DNA from: Haliotis rubra
Taxonomy: Eukaryota
Length of the DNA stretch: 64,000 bases
Reading direction: 5' to 3'
Assembly: GCF_003918875.1 (NCBI RefSeq)
Contig: NW_025767133.1
Location: 124,001-188,000, forward strand
Position numbers and translations under genes: made by a program. Within the stretch, counting starts at the first letter, position 1, and each line of letters opens with the position of its first letter. This document shows, piece after piece, positions 62,576-64,000 of this stretch. The notes beneath the pieces were generated by a model, which saw only the letters and a list, made by a program, of their open reading frames with translations, was not told the origin of the DNA and made no database searches.

Positions 62576-64000
62576 TTCTTCATAATAACCTGTTAATCGA
62601 GACTGTAAACCGATAAAGAGCTAACGGGTTGTGTATTTGGGAGTCACCCCAGCTTCACAGCTAAAACACATGTTAACTATATACTCAACGAACAATCCAA
62701 AATTACCCTGAACAGTTGCATGTGTTTACTAAACAGCTGGCTTACGCCATTTTGTGTGTACTGGACAACTCGTGTTACCTTTTTCACTGAACTCGAGACC
62801 GGAAGTTCTGAACAGGGGTTGTGGACTGTTAGTGTTCTTGACACCTTCTACTGAACGTTTGAAGTCTTAATGAACACGTCTTGGCACTGAACACTTAGGT
62901 GGCTTGAAAACATTATACGAACATGTACAACTTAGCTCTTCCACAGAACAAACTTTATGGGACCTGCCTTGAACCAGTCATGGTCATTGCATACTCTATT
63001 TGAAGGACAGAATATTCTACCGATTGACAAATGAATCCCCTTCCACAACCCCCTCCTAAAAGTAAATTTTAAGTACTTTATATTTTCACCTACAAACTAT
63101 TCATACTGCATACCCGACGTTACTCTAAACTCCCATTGTTTTTTCGTATGATGTAAACATTTTATACACTGCAACCAGTAAAAAGCTAAAGTATTCTGAG
63201 ATGTATAACACAAGTCAGATTTTCTGCAACTTAAACACTTAAATATGTTTGAGTCTAACTCATGTTTGTTTTCTTAAGGAATCCTGCTCGTAGGAAAAGC
63301 GTAGCTCTTGCAAAAAGCAGCTTTGTTCTTCTTAAAAAACTTTAAATTTGAATTGACCGTCCTTAGTTTGTTTATTCAGTCTAGAGTTACATAAAAGCAA
63401 TCTATCAACAGCTTTCTACCAGACACTATTTGGACGGATTTTACATCAAATACGAGATAAGGGTTCAGCTAACATTCACAAGGATGTGTTCTACAGAAAG
63501 TTTAAGTAATGCGTAAAAGTGAAAGTATCATTTAATTCTCTCAACGCAATTCCAGACGATGTTCACAGAAGCGCCAACAATGAGAGCAGTTATCTGACAT
63601 TCTACAGAGATGAGTAGCGCCATATTGCGTATGAAATCAGCGCACTTAAATCCACCTAACTTCAGCGATCAGCAGAGATTAATAGAAGCCCCACTCCTAA
63701 AATCCGTCGAACCAACACAGACCATATTCATCCGGTCAACAGAGAATTAGATAACCTATTTCTCTCTTTAATGTTCTTTCCAACGGACTTAATCTGTCTG
63801 GGTCTATGAGCGTCCCGTTGTAGTCGTTCGCGGCGATGTAGACTTCCATCGTCGACGATGGCGTGAAACGCCGTGAATTAGTAATACCCGGATAGCTCCA
63901 AGCTGCTGAAACGTTTCAATAATCAGTCGGAGAGATACATGACGGCCACTTTAGGATGGGTATAATCAATTTCTGAGACTATTGCAGGCAAGTTTATCAA

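Overview
AT-rich, repeat-dense eukaryotic non-coding DNA (intergenic or a large intron) with one assembly gap (997-1157). The repeat repertoire suggests a mollusc, probably a gastropod such as abalone; this is an inference from repeat style, not a database result. I found no intact host gene, and almost all ORFs in the track come from repeats. Three short retroposon families dominate: family A (tRNA-Asp-like head, ~165 bp, >30 copies or fragments), family B (~235 bp, no tRNA head, densely base-paired, ~18 copies or fragments) and family C (tRNA head plus a Meta/MESC-like body, ~350 bp, 2 copies). All three end in the same 3' stem-loop, with visible compensatory substitutions, which points to one shared LINE partner. 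Also present are a 5'-truncated Penelope-like element (RT thumb plus GIY-YIG) with a minimal U3-A8 hammerhead ribozyme, a second tandem/inverted hammerhead cluster, a pogo/Tigger transposase fragment, several MITEs, two Helentron-associated (HINE-like) elements, many minisatellites and a 1.15-kb near-tandem duplication. The best candidate for something undescribed is family B: a non-tRNA, pseudoknot-capable short retroposon with a fixed 5' end, TSDs and a 5'-extended variant.
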